Positions 17,221-28,000 of a DNA stretch of 64,000 bases are shown in pieces. Position 1 is the first letter of the stretch. Every line of letters begins with the position of its first letter. The translations under genes were made by a program, and so were the position numbers. Source of the stretch: a virus; the IMG/VR virus record IMGVR_UViG_3300000228_000006, positions 526 through 64,525 of that record; one strand, given 5' to 3'. Under the pieces are notes generated by a model. The model did no database searches. It had not been told where the DNA came from and saw only the letters and a program-made list of their open reading frames with translations.

Positions 17221-20200
17221 ATGAGAGAAAGAAACGATTATTTTAAAAATGATGAACTTGCTAGACAAGTATGGGAAAGTAAGTATAAATTAGGAAATGA
17301 GACTTTATATGGATTCTTTGAACGAATTACATATGAATTTGCTAGATTAGATAACTTTTCATCAGCTGTAAACCTTGAAGAAAGTAAATTAAACGATTTA
17401 TCTAGTTATGGTAAAAGTATAATTGGAAGAGACCCTGCAGTTAAATTTAGGCAGTTATTTACCAATTTTAAATATATTATTCCAGGAGGATCAGTACTCG
17501 CTGGAGTTGGAAGTGATAAACCTGTAAGTTTATCAAATTGTTTTGTAATTAAAAATGGAGATTCAATATCTGAGATATTTGATGCAAGTAAAAATATGGC
17601 TCAAATCTATAAACGTAGAGGCGGTTGTATTGAAGAACATACTCCTGTTATTATAAAAAATAAAGGAAATATATCAATTAAAGATGTTGAAATTGGAGAT
17701 TATATTTTATCTTTTAATATAGTTACACTAAAAGATGAGTGGAAATTAATTAGGGATAAATATTACACAGAGGTGAGCTTAGAAGATCAAATAGAATTAA
17801 ATTATGTAAATGGGGTAAAATTAAAAACTTCTAAAAAACACCCAATACTTACTTTATCTAATACAGGGTATGATTTTATAAATGAAAAAAGTGGAAAATT
17901 ATTAAATACTACTAATAAATCCCCAAATTTAAGAGGATTTGAATATGAAAAAGTACACCAGTCTAATAATATTCAACTAACTGATGTAGAAATAGATTTT
18001 ATTACAAATTATAAATATTCTACTTTATTTCCTTCTACTAGTAAAGAATATCAACTATTAAAAACTAGCTCTTATGATTTAAATAAAAATAAAACGTGTG
18101 GAAAAGAGCACTTATCATTATTAAAAAATCATGGGATTATTACAGAAGAAAAGTATTTTGAAATACTGTCTAGGACAAAATTAGTTGAAATTACTGAGGA
18201 TAATTCTGAAAAATTAAATTATATTGATATATCAGTTGAAGAAAATAATAATTACTACGCTGGAACATTTGGATTTGTAAATATTCATAATTGTGGAGTT
18301 GATCTTGGAGAACTCCGTCCTGCAAGTGCAAATGTTAATAATGCAGCTAAAACAACTGGTGGTGTAGTTCCTTTTATGGAGTTATTCTCACAAGTAACTA
18401 ATACAATTGGACAAAATGGACGTAGAGGTGCATTAATGCTTTCAATTGATATTAATCATCCAGATTCTCCCGATTTTATTAATAGTAAACAAGATTTATC
18501 TAAAATTACAGGTGCTAATATATCTGTAAAATTGAATGATGAATTTATGAACGCTGTTGAAAAAAATGAAGATTATTGGTTACAATGGCCTACTAATTAT
18601 GATATTTCTGGATTTATTAATCAAGAAACTCCTTATAACCAATTGATAAATCATGAAGTTTATAATGAAGATGGATCAATAAATTTAGTTTATATTAAAA
18701 AAATTAGAGCTAAAGAATTATGGGATTCTGTTATTCAATGTGCTTGGAATACAGCAGAACCAGGGATTTTATTCTGGGATAATATCTTAGATAATGATCC
18801 GGCAAGTGTCTATCCTGAATTTAAAGCAGTATCTACAAATCCTTGTGGTGAAATACCATTATCTCCTTATGATTCATGTAGATTAATAGCAAGTAATGTA
18901 TATAATTTAGTAGAGGATAAATTTAAACCTACAGCCACTATTAATGAAGCATTGGCTTATGAAGTGTTTTATGAAGCCCAAATTATTGGAGATATTCTAG
19001 TTGATTTAGAAGCTGAGTATGTACAAAAAATTATTGATATTACTGATGGAGATGAAAAAGGACTATGGGAAAAAATTAAAGAAATTGGTTTAAAAGGTAG
19101 ACGTACTGGTGTAGGTCTTACTGGGTATGCTGATATGTGTGCTGCATTAGGAAAGAATTATGGAGATGAAAAATTAACTGATTATATTATGAAGTTAAAA
19201 ATGAGAGCTGAACTTGATGCAACTATTGACTTAGCTATTATTAATGAACCTTTTCCCTCTTATAATAGAGATTTAGAGTTTAGTAATTCTCAAGAAACAG
19301 ATGAAAACTTAATAGTGGGAAAGAATGCTTGGTATAACTTTTTAATTAAAAAATATCCAGAACAATTCCAAAAAATGTTACAATATGGGCGTCGTAATGT
19401 AAGTTTTTCTACAATTGCTCCGACTGGGACCATAAGTATGCTTGCAGCTACTTCGTCAGGTTGTGAACCAACATTCTCTTTATATTATAAACGTAGAAAA
19501 AAATGTAATCCAGGAGAGAAAGCTGATTTTACCGATCAAAATGGCGTTAATTATACCGAACATAATGTAGTTCACGGTAGTTTTAAAAAGTGGTATGAAG
19601 AATTAGGTTGGTTACTAATAAATGGAAATGCAGATATTTTAACACTTAGTACTGAGGAACTTGATAAAGCTTTTAGATTGTCCCCTTGGTTTAATAATAT
19701 AGCAAATGATATTGAGCCATCTTGCAGAGTTAAAACTCAAGCAATTATGCAACAATATATCACTCATAGTATATCAAGTACTATAAATTTACCGCCTGAT
19801 ACAACTCAAAAAGTTATTAATTTAATTTATAAAGATGCATGGGAACAAGGACTTAAAGGAGTCACTGTTTATCGTGATGGTTGTCGTAGTGGTATTTTAG
19901 TAAGTCATAAAGAAGAAGAAAAGCCAATTATTACAGAGCGTCCTTTTGAATTAGAATGCAAAGTGGTTCAATTTAAAAATGAGAAAAAAGATTGGATTGC
20001 TTTTGTAGGAATTTTAAATGGAATACCTTATGAAATATTTACAGGTCCAAAAGATTTAGATACTTTTCCAATTCCATCTTCTGTAGTTGAAGGTATTATT
20101 ATTAAAGTTAAAAATGATGATGAGCCCTCAAGGTATGATTTTAGATATGTAGATAGTTATGGTTATACTAACACTCTGGGAGGATTATCCCGTATTTTTG

Positions 20201-20472
20201 ATAAAGAGTATTGGAATTATGCTAGATTAATGTCTGCATTATTAAGAGAACAAGTATCTCCAGAAAAAATGATTACAATTATCGAAGGATTAAATTTCTC
20301 TAATAAAAGTATGACTAATTGGAAAAGTGGCGTAATACGCTCTTTTAAACCATTTGTTCAAGATGGTACTAAATCGCATGGAGAGAAATGCAGTGAGTGT
20401 GGACAAGAAACAATAGTTTATGAAGCAGGTTGTAAAATATGTAAAAATTGCGGAAATAGCCGTTGTAGCTAA
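17221..20472 (+). CDS. nrdJ: Class II (B12-dependent) ribonucleotide reductase containing an intein
   Basis: SLSNCFV, NPCGEIPL, TIAPTGTISML, KGVTVYRDG and a C-terminal Cys ribbon; no nrdB nearby. Confidence 0.88.
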   Translation: MRERNDYFKNDELARQVWESKYKLGNETLYGFFERITYEFARLDNFSSAVNLEESKLNDLSSYGKSIIGRDPAVKFRQLFTNFKYIIPGGSVLAGVGSDKPVSLSNCFVIKNGDSISEIFDASKNMAQIYKRRGGCIEEHTPVIIKNKGNISIKDVEIGDYILSFNIVTLKDEWKLIRDKYYTEVSLEDQIELNYVNGVKLKTSKKHPILTLSNTGYDFINEKSGKLLNTTNKSPNLRGFEYEKVHQSNNIQLTDVEIDFITNYKYSTLFPSTSKEYQLLKTSSYDLNKNKTCGKEHLSLLKNHGIITEEKYFEILSRTKLVEITEDNSEKLNYIDISVEENNNYYAGTFGFVNIHNCGVDLGELRPASANVNNAAKTTGGVVPFMELFSQVTNTIGQNGRRGALMLSIDINHPDSPDFINSKQDLSKITGANISVKLNDEFMNAVEKNEDYWLQWPTNYDISGFINQETPYNQLINHEVYNEDGSINLVYIKKIRAKELWDSVIQCAWNTAEPGILFWDNILDNDPASVYPEFKAVSTNPCGEIPLSPYDSCRLIASNVYNLVEDKFKPTATINEALAYEVFYEAQIIGDILVDLEAEYVQKIIDITDGDEKGLWEKIKEIGLKGRRTGVGLTGYADMCAALGKNYGDEKLTDYIMKLKMRAELDATIDLAIINEPFPSYNRDLEFSNSQETDENLIVGKNAWYNFLIKKYPEQFQKMLQYGRRNVSFSTIAPTGTISMLAATSSGCEPTFSLYYKRRKKCNPGEKADFTDQNGVNYTEHNVVHGSFKKWYEELGWLLINGNADILTLSTEELDKAFRLSPWFNNIANDIEPSCRVKTQAIMQQYITHSISSTINLPPDTTQKVINLIYKDAWEQGLKGVTVYRDGCRSGILVSHKEEEKPIITERPFELECKVVQFKNEKKDWIAFVGILNGIPYEIFTGPKDLDTFPIPSSVVEGIIIKVKNDDEPSRYDFRYVDSYGYTNTLGGLSRIFDKEYWNYARLMSALLREQVSPEKMITIIEGLNFSNKSMTNWKSGVIRSFKPFVQDGTKSHGEKCSECGQETIVYEAGCKICKNCGNSRCS
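17626..18291 (+). mobile_element. Mini-intein (222 aa) in NrdJ
   Basis: RRGG|CIEEHTPV...KTSKKHPIL...YIDISVEENNNYYA...IHN|CGVD; no LAGLIDADG motif seen. Confidence 0.88.
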
Positions 20473-20474
20473 AA

Positions 20475-21836
20475 ATGGGGGAAGTAATAAAATTAGGAAT
20501 TGAACAGGCGGAAGCTTTAAATTTAATTCTGAAGTTTATAAACTCTAAAAAAATAGCTTTTTCCTTATCTGGTTATGCTGGAACAGGAAAAAGCTTTTTA
20601 ATTAAAGCTTTAATAGATGAATTAGATAAACTTGAAAAAGGTTATACTTTATGTGCTCCAACTCATAAAGCAAAAACAGTGCTAGAAAGATTTACAGGCA
20701 AAGAAGGTATTACTGTTCATAAATTATTGTCTTTATCTCCAAATATAAATTTAATTGATTTAGATTTTAAAAATTTACAGTTCTTAACTAAAGTAACTTC
20801 AAATTTTTTTCCTTCTGATTCTATCATTATTTGTGATGAATCTTCAATGATTAATGATTTTTTATTTGGATTATTAATAGATAGGTGTAAATCTACAAAT
20901 ACTAAAATGATTTTTATAGGGGATATAAAACAAATTAAGCCAGTAAACTCTATACAAACATCTAAAGTATTTGAAATTGAAGATAACTATTTCTTAACCG
21001 AAATATTTCGTCAAAATCATAAAAGTGCTTTAAGTGATATACTCCCAATAAGCAGAGAACAATTTATACCTAAATTTGAAACTAATATATGTGAAAAAGG
21101 ATCTATATATACTTATTCTCAGCCAAGAGATTTTTTTATGAAATCTATTCCTTATTTTCAAAAAGCTATAGAAAATTTAGATATTTTAGAAAGTAAGATT
21201 TTATCGTATACAAATGATAGAGTAGCTTATTTTAATACTAAAATGGTGGAAGCATTATTTGGGTCAAAAAAAGAATATTATAAATTTCAATTTATAACAG
21301 GTTATGAAAATTTAGTATTTGATGATTATTCTTTTTGGAACTCTATGGATTATATAATAATGCAAGAGCCAGAAAATATTATGATTAATATTCCATATGT
21401 AGGATTATATCCAGGATATAAACTAATTTTATGGGATTCATCAAATAAATGTGAACAAACTGTTAATATATTAAGTCGATATATTACAGACCAAGAAATT
21501 AGAAATCTGACTTATACTATAGAAAAGACTAGACTAGAGGCGATTGAGTTAAAACAAAGAAAAAGTAGATTATCTGGATTAAAATGGAAAGCATACTATA
21601 ATATAATGAATAGTTTTACAACCCCTATTGATTTATATTTTGATAATAGATTAATAAGAAAGAAATCTTTTGATGGAGGTTACGCTACAACTATTCATAG
21701 AAGTCAGGGGAGTAGTATTAATAATACTTTTATAGATATGAAAAGTATTGATTTTTGCAGAGATGCACAAGAACAAAGACAATTGCAATATGTGGCTTTG
21801 TCTAGAAGTAAAAATAATGTATATATTTTACAATAA
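20475..21836 (+). CDS. Dda/RecD-like SF1B helicase
   Basis: GYAGTGKS, CAPTHKA, ICDESSM, GDIKQI, ATTIHRSQG and YVALSR motifs. Confidence 0.9.
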   Translation: MGEVIKLGIEQAEALNLILKFINSKKIAFSLSGYAGTGKSFLIKALIDELDKLEKGYTLCAPTHKAKTVLERFTGKEGITVHKLLSLSPNINLIDLDFKNLQFLTKVTSNFFPSDSIIICDESSMINDFLFGLLIDRCKSTNTKMIFIGDIKQIKPVNSIQTSKVFEIEDNYFLTEIFRQNHKSALSDILPISREQFIPKFETNICEKGSIYTYSQPRDFFMKSIPYFQKAIENLDILESKILSYTNDRVAYFNTKMVEALFGSKKEYYKFQFITGYENLVFDDYSFWNSMDYIIMQEPENIMINIPYVGLYPGYKLILWDSSNKCEQTVNILSRYITDQEIRNLTYTIEKTRLEAIELKQRKSRLSGLKWKAYYNIMNSFTTPIDLYFDNRLIRKKSFDGGYATTIHRSQGSSINNTFIDMKSIDFCRDAQEQRQLQYVALSRSKNNVYILQ

Positions 21837-21837
21837 A

Positions 21838-22074
21838 ATGAAGTATATTAATATAAAAGAAAAAGATATAGCTAAATTAAGTACTAGTAGACTTTTAAAT
21901 ATTTACAGAATTAATAGAAAATATTTATTTCAAGTATTAGCCTTTAATGGATTTGATACTTCTAATGGAGGTGCAAATATTAATTGGTTTGTTGTTAACG
22001 ATGACTTATGGACTTGTAAAGAATACAATGAAATAAATTTTTTAAATATTATGATAAAAAAAAAGACTAGATAG
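21838..22074 (+). CDS. Hypothetical protein (78 aa)
   Basis: ATG 1 nt after the helicase stop; ends in TAG. Confidence 0.55.
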   Translation: MKYINIKEKDIAKLSTSRLLNIYRINRKYLFQVLAFNGFDTSNGGANINWFVVNDDLWTCKEYNEINFLNIMIKKKTR

Positions 22075-22174
22075 TGAGAATAATTGAAATAATAAATACG
22101 AATTTACAAAAGTGCAATACCTTTAGCATGACGTATATTGAAAAAAAAAGAATTAATAAAAAATTAAAAAATTA

Positions 22175-22657
22175 ATGAAAATAAACGTAATAAATAAAGG
22201 AAGTAATGAACTTCCAAAGTATGCAAAACAAGGAGATTCAGGAATGGATCTTCACGCTAATTTCTCTAACGGACTTAATGAAAATTTAATGTGGGGAGCT
22301 GCACTTGATACAGATCGCAACACTCTATTAGTCTTTAGTGGTGGTAGAGTATTAATTCCTACAGGATTATACACATCATTTCCTCCTGGATATGAAATTC
22401 AAGTTAGACCTCGTAGCGGATTAGCATTAAAACAAGGAATAACTGTTTTAAATACCCCTGGCACTGTGGATTCATGCTATAGAGGTGAAATTGGAGTTAT
22501 ATTAATGAATTTATCTGATGAGGTATTTGAAATTCAACATGGAGATAAAATTGCACAAGCAGTTCTTACTAAAGTTTCCTTAATTGAATGGAATGAAGTA
22601 GAAGAATTAGATAATTCAGATAGAGGGGAAGGTGGTTTTGGATCAACAAACAAATAA
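22175..22657 (+). CDS. dut: dUTPase
   Basis: SGMDL, RPRSGLA, GTVDSCYRGEIGV and RGEGGFGST motifs. Confidence 0.95.
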   Translation: MKINVINKGSNELPKYAKQGDSGMDLHANFSNGLNENLMWGAALDTDRNTLLVFSGGRVLIPTGLYTSFPPGYEIQVRPRSGLALKQGITVLNTPGTVDSCYRGEIGVILMNLSDEVFEIQHGDKIAQAVLTKVSLIEWNEVEELDNSDRGEGGFGSTNK

Positions 22658-22660
22658 ATT

Positions 22661-22900
22661 ATGTTAAAAAAATTAACTTGTGATGTATTAGCTTCCATAG
22701 ATGTTTATATAGAAATACCTGAACATCTAATAGAAACTTTTGAGAAGTATAATGAATATATCAGTTTAGAGCCAAAATCTAACCCTGATAAAGATAATTG
22801 TGAAGAAATTTATGAATTAATAAATGATAGTATCTATAATAATATGGATGATCTTTTTTGGGAAACAATTGAAATTGTAAATGAGGAGGATATAGAATAA
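22661..22900 (+). CDS. Hypothetical acidic protein (79 aa)
   Basis: Tightly packed ORF. Confidence 0.6.
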   Translation: MLKKLTCDVLASIDVYIEIPEHLIETFEKYNEYISLEPKSNPDKDNCEEIYELINDSIYNNMDDLFWETIEIVNEEDIE

Positions 22901-22902
22901 TA

Positions 22903-24066
22903 ATGACAGAAATAATATTAGTAACACGAAACGCAAGAGATAAAGTACAAATTGTAATAACTAGTTTAGAACAAGATGGTAATACCTTTTATATAAATAG
23001 AACTACTGGACAATATGGTAATAAAATGACCCCACAAGTTAGATTATGTATTGAGAAAGGCAAGGCTAAAAGAACTGTATTACAACAAGCTGAGTTAGAA
23101 TTTAATAGTATAGTTAATAAATACCTTGATAAAGGATATAAAAAACTGGACAGTTTAACTACAAAGAAATTTGATGTCATAACATCTATGGAATTAGATG
23201 AAGTTGTACCTGTTTTAAAAACAGATAGCAATGGAAATCTTAAGCCTCAATTAGCTAAATCGTCTAATGATTGTAAAATATCAGTGCTAGAGAAAGAAAT
23301 GGCGTGTTCAAGAAAACTTGATGGAGTTCGTTGTTTGATGAAGTGGGATAATGAAGATGTAGCTAGTGTATCTCGTGGAGGTAAAGACTATGATGCTTCA
23401 ACTACCTTAATTCGAAAGGAATTATTCGATTATTTAAAAAGTAATCAAGATATGATGTTTGATGGAGAAATCTATGTTCACGGCAAACATTTACAAGAAA
23501 TTAGTGGTTTAGCACGATTAAATACTTGGGAAGATAGATGTGATGTTCTTGAATATTGGATTTATGATTTAGCTATTCCAGATATGAAATTTAGAGATCG
23601 ACTTGCTATATTAATGGAGTTGCAAGAGAAATTTAAAGGCAATTTAAAAATTAAAATTATTGACCACGTTTTTACTAATAGTTGGATGGAAATTGATAAA
23701 TTACATAATCAATGGGTTGAAGAGGGATTTGAGGGTTTAGTAGCTAGAAAACCTGATAAAAATTATTCATACGGCAAACGTAATAGTGATTGGATTAAAG
23801 TTAAATTATATCAAGATGAAGAATTTAAAATTATTGATTATAAAGATGGATTACGTCCAGAAGATTTTGCTTTTATTCTAGAAACCAAAGAAGGAAAAGT
23901 CTTTAGTGCTTGTCCAATTGGGACTAGAGAACAAAAAGCTCAATATATTTTAGATATGGATGATATTATTGATAATTATGGTACAGTTAAGTTTTTTGGA
24001 TATTCTATAGATGGGATACCAATGCAACCCCATTTTAAATCAGTAAGATATAGTGATGATATGTAA
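22903..24066 (+). CDS. lig: ATP-dependent DNA ligase with N-terminal extension
   Basis: RKLDGVR (motif I), FDGEIY, YDL, EGLVARK and WIKVK. Confidence 0.92.
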   Translation: MTEIILVTRNARDKVQIVITSLEQDGNTFYINRTTGQYGNKMTPQVRLCIEKGKAKRTVLQQAELEFNSIVNKYLDKGYKKLDSLTTKKFDVITSMELDEVVPVLKTDSNGNLKPQLAKSSNDCKISVLEKEMACSRKLDGVRCLMKWDNEDVASVSRGGKDYDASTTLIRKELFDYLKSNQDMMFDGEIYVHGKHLQEISGLARLNTWEDRCDVLEYWIYDLAIPDMKFRDRLAILMELQEKFKGNLKIKIIDHVFTNSWMEIDKLHNQWVEEGFEGLVARKPDKNYSYGKRNSDWIKVKLYQDEEFKIIDYKDGLRPEDFAFILETKEGKVFSACPIGTREQKAQYILDMDDIIDNYGTVKFFGYSIDGIPMQPHFKSVRYSDDM

Positions 24067-24075
24067 CAAACTTAG

Positions 24076-24123
24076 ATAGGGAGAAGGAAGGCTTAATTGC
24101 TTTCTTTCTCCCTATTTTTTTTT
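24076..24123 (+). terminator. Rho-independent terminator
   Basis: ATAGGGAGAAGGAAGGC-ttaatt-GCTTTCTTTCTCCCTAT followed by T8. Confidence 0.85.
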
Positions 24124-24125
24124 AT

Positions 24126-24161
24126 TTATAGTTTTTATATAAAAAATTATTTGTAATTTTG
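24126..24161 (+). promoter_or_regulatory. Promoter TTATAGTT-N20-TAATTTTG upstream of the lysin
   Basis: -7 element at 24154-24161; upstream box shared with 9457 and 58670. Confidence 0.6.
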
Positions 24162-24186
24162 CTGTATTAAAATTAACATTCAAAAT

Positions 24187-25047
24187 ATGAAAACAAATAA
24201 AGACAATTTAATAGCATTTCATCCATTTACTTCTAATATCAACCAACCTGAAAATATCATTAATTATTTCAATAATATACAATCCCAAACAGGATTAAAC
24301 CTATTAGGAGAACAATCAAATGCTTTTATGGATAAATATTTAAATGTAGAAGCTAAAAAAGAAGATATAACAACTCCTAAAAAAGATGAAGTAGTAAAAA
24401 GTTTAAATGATTGATTGAAAGGAGTTAAAAATAGTATCTCTCTTCCAACTTGAGATACTAAAACATGAAGTCCAACTGGTAATGAAGATATAGCAATATC
24501 AACAGGAAATGCATTAGTAGATAATGCTCTTAAAGCTAATATTTTGAAAGAGTCTGGAGGAATTTCTCAATCAGAAGATCTGTATTATAAAAGTGTCAGT
24601 AGAATTAGAGAAGTATTTGGAAAAAGGGTCTCTAATTTATCTAATGATATATTAGAGACATTTGTACGTAACCCCCAAAAATTAGCTAATTTTGTTTATG
24701 GTAATCAAACAGTTATTGGTAAAAGCATGGGGAATATTAACCCAGAAGATGGGTATAAATATAGAGGAAGAGGATTAATTCAATTAACTGGAAAAAATAA
24801 TTATAAATTTTACAGTAATAAACTTGGGATTGATTTAGTATCACATCCTGAATTAGCCAATAATGCAGCAGTTGCTAAAAAAATTGCAGTTGAATTTGTA
24901 AAAACAGGATTAAAAAATAAAAAAATACCAGAAACTCAAAAAGAAACAAATAGATTAGTTACTCAAATTATTGGAGGTAATGGTCTAAACCTTGATAAAG
25001 GTTATGGAGCTGAGCTTCTTGCTAAAGTAAATTCATATAATTTTTAA
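24187..25047 (+). CDS. GH19 (chitinase/lysozyme-like) peptidoglycan hydrolase, 286 aa, three in-frame TGA
   Basis: TGA at 24412, 24451 and 24466 join two track ORFs. Motifs ANILKESGG and YKYRGRGLIQLTGKNNY. Confidence 0.88.
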
Positions 25048-25050
25048 ATT

Positions 25051-25093
25051 AAAAATGCCCAACTCACTTAATTGTGGGTTGGGCATTTTTTTT
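25051..25093. terminator. Bidirectional terminator at the strand-switch point
   Basis: AAAAATGCCCAACTCAC-ttaatt-GTGGGTTGGGCATTTTT between convergent genes. Confidence 0.88.
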
Positions 25094-28000
25094 ACTCTTC
25101 TTGTCAAAATTCAAAAGCTTTTATATCTCTAGATACCATTTGTTGTATCGTTTTATCTCCTGTAAGTACTCCTTGAATATCTGAAGCTACTTTTGTACCA
25201 TAGCTTCAAAAAACAGGTTCTGTTTTTATTGCTCCTAGTGTATTTCTCCACATATTTGTTTCAGATAACACTTTTTTATTTACGTTCTGTGCAAATAATG
25301 CAGCATTACCTGCAATACCTTCTCCTCCAGTTTCTTCTATTGTAGCATCTAAAATAGCTTTAAATATACCAAGAATTATCATCATAAATAATGTATCAGC
25401 TAATCCAAACATTACTCTTCTATTTCTTTGTTCATCTGCAAAAGCTCCCTTAAAATCTCCCTGTAATAAATCTTGTGTTGTATGTAACATAGCATAAATT
25501 AATCCTTCCTGTGGTTTTCCAGTCCATTCTAATACTGGATCTCCAGTATTATCAGTAGTTTCTTCAAAATCTGTAATTCTTTCAGGATCATATTTATCTT
25601 CATATAGGGCCTTTCTTCACCACTTAATAGGATTTTTCTGTTCATCAAAAGTGACTTTCTGTTGAAATTTACCTATAGGACTTGGGTTTATTTCATTACC
25701 TTCTTTATCATGCGTTGGTTTACCAAATCACATCTTCATCTTTCCTGGCCAGAATTGCATAAATTGCATAAAAATTACTCCATACCACATTTTTGAAGCT
25801 TGTGATGAAGCATCAGTATCATAATATCCATATGACATATCTGACATAGTTTTTATACTTGCTCTTTCATTTTCGCTATATGCTTTTGATACTAAAGCTG
25901 ATTCATCCATTTTTATATAAGAAGGATCTACTAAATTTTCTTTATTTAAATCATTTACTAAATTTAAATATAAGTTTCGTTGTGTATTATATTTTTCATC
26001 TCCTTGTTTAGGAATGTAACGTCCTTTAGAATCCTTGTTATTTTCTCTTTCTTTAAAGTAATATTCAAATCTTCTATCCTTAGATGGATTATAAATTAAT
26101 TCTCCTTCTGGCGTCATAGAATGAGCATCATAAGAACCATCATGTATAGAAACTGCTAAAAATATAGCCATACGATTATAATAATCTGGAATAGTGTTAA
26201 ATACATACATATATCTGCCCAATCCCTTCATAATACCCCGCCTATCTGTCTGCATTTTTTTAGCAATAGAATTAACGTCCATATTAGCAAACCTATATAA
26301 ATTATTCATACCTTCTATTAAATTCCATTCAATAGATGTTTTTTTATCTATAGTAACTAATTTTTTATAGGCACTTAACATATCTTCAGTAGTAAATAAG
26401 TCTTTACCAAATATCTGTGTAGCAGCTAATGATATTCCTTTGAGAGTTCCAATAGTTAACTCCTTAGCTAATAATGTAGGTCTAAAAGCAAGCATACCAG
26501 CTGTAGAAACTTGCTTAGCCGCAGAAGCTACTATCACTAAAGCCTCTGCTTCTGGGTCAATAATTGGGGCATCAAATACAGATAATTTTAATTGATTTTC
26601 GACATAAGATAATTCTTTAGATATATTAGTATTAGTCTTACCTGCATGTAATTTCATCCACCATATATATGATGTAATAGCTGGTAATCTAAAATCCATT
26701 TGAGTTTTTCTAATTTTATTAAAAGCTACTCTATGTGCAATTGTATCTAAATTAAATTCATAATAACTAACACCATTTTTTGAAATCATACTATGTTTAA
26801 ATGCATCTGTTTGTTTTCCATAAACATCATACATTTCAGTATATCCTAATTGTGATTCTGATGCAATAGTACGTTCTTCGTCTGATAATTCTCTTGGGTC
26901 AAGTATATCTTTAAGTTCATTTATCCTGCCCTTAATTCTGGTTCAAACTTGCCCTAAACCTCCCTCAATTAATCCTCCATGCCTAGTTAATTCTTCCCTC
27001 CTTACTAATGGAATTTTAAAGTACTCTCCTGATGTAATAGCTTTTGCAATTACTGGAATAGACATTAAATCTTCTAATTTATTAGTACTTAATTGTCCAC
27101 TCTCAAATTTACTTATAATTTCTGGATTTAAATGTAACATAAACTTTTGAATATGAAATAACATATTTTTTAAATAAATTCTTTCACTATCATTTAAATT
27201 ATTTTTTAAATCTACAATATATGGATTTTTAGTTTTAAATTCTATATTTACTTTACCATTATCTTGTAAAAACAAGTTAGAATGCTTACTTTGAGACTCC
27301 CCAACTCAATTTTGTGCCATATTTGAATAGCCAATTTTTTTATAGTAATCTCTAGTTAAAGATGAAATCTTAGCAGATTCCTTACACATTAACTCTGCAA
27401 TTTTTGAGTTGCCTAAAGACATTATTTTATTTATAGTTCTAAGGTCTTTAGATGGTACTCAGTCAGGAGTTACAAAACTTAATCCTTGAAACAACCCCAT
27501 TATTTTACGTTCTTCTTTATCAAAGTTAACTTCTCTTCCGCTATAAATAGCTCCCACTAAACTTTTAAAATCAGAGAAACCCAATCCCATTGTGGACATA
27601 TTATGAAAATCTCCAACTGGTAAATATCCTAATTTTATGTTAATAGCCATTTGAAGCATTGCAAATAAATATTCTTCTTTATTAGCAAAGTCTGTTGTTG
27701 GAGAAAAAGTTCTATCAGTTAATTCCGGATATCTAGCTATAAACGCTTTTTGTACTAAAACTAAATGTTTATAATCTGCACTAGCCCAATCAAAATCTCC
27801 TTGTTGTTTAAATAATGACTCTACTTCATTTTTATCAGTTCCAGAATAATTATTTAAAGTAGACCTTAATAAATCCATTACAACATTATCTACTGATTTA
27901 ATATCACTAATTTTACTTAATTTATTTTTATGATTCATACTAGCCTTAATCATTCGCTGTTCATATAAATCATATGCTTTAAAGTTTAACTCCTTATGAT

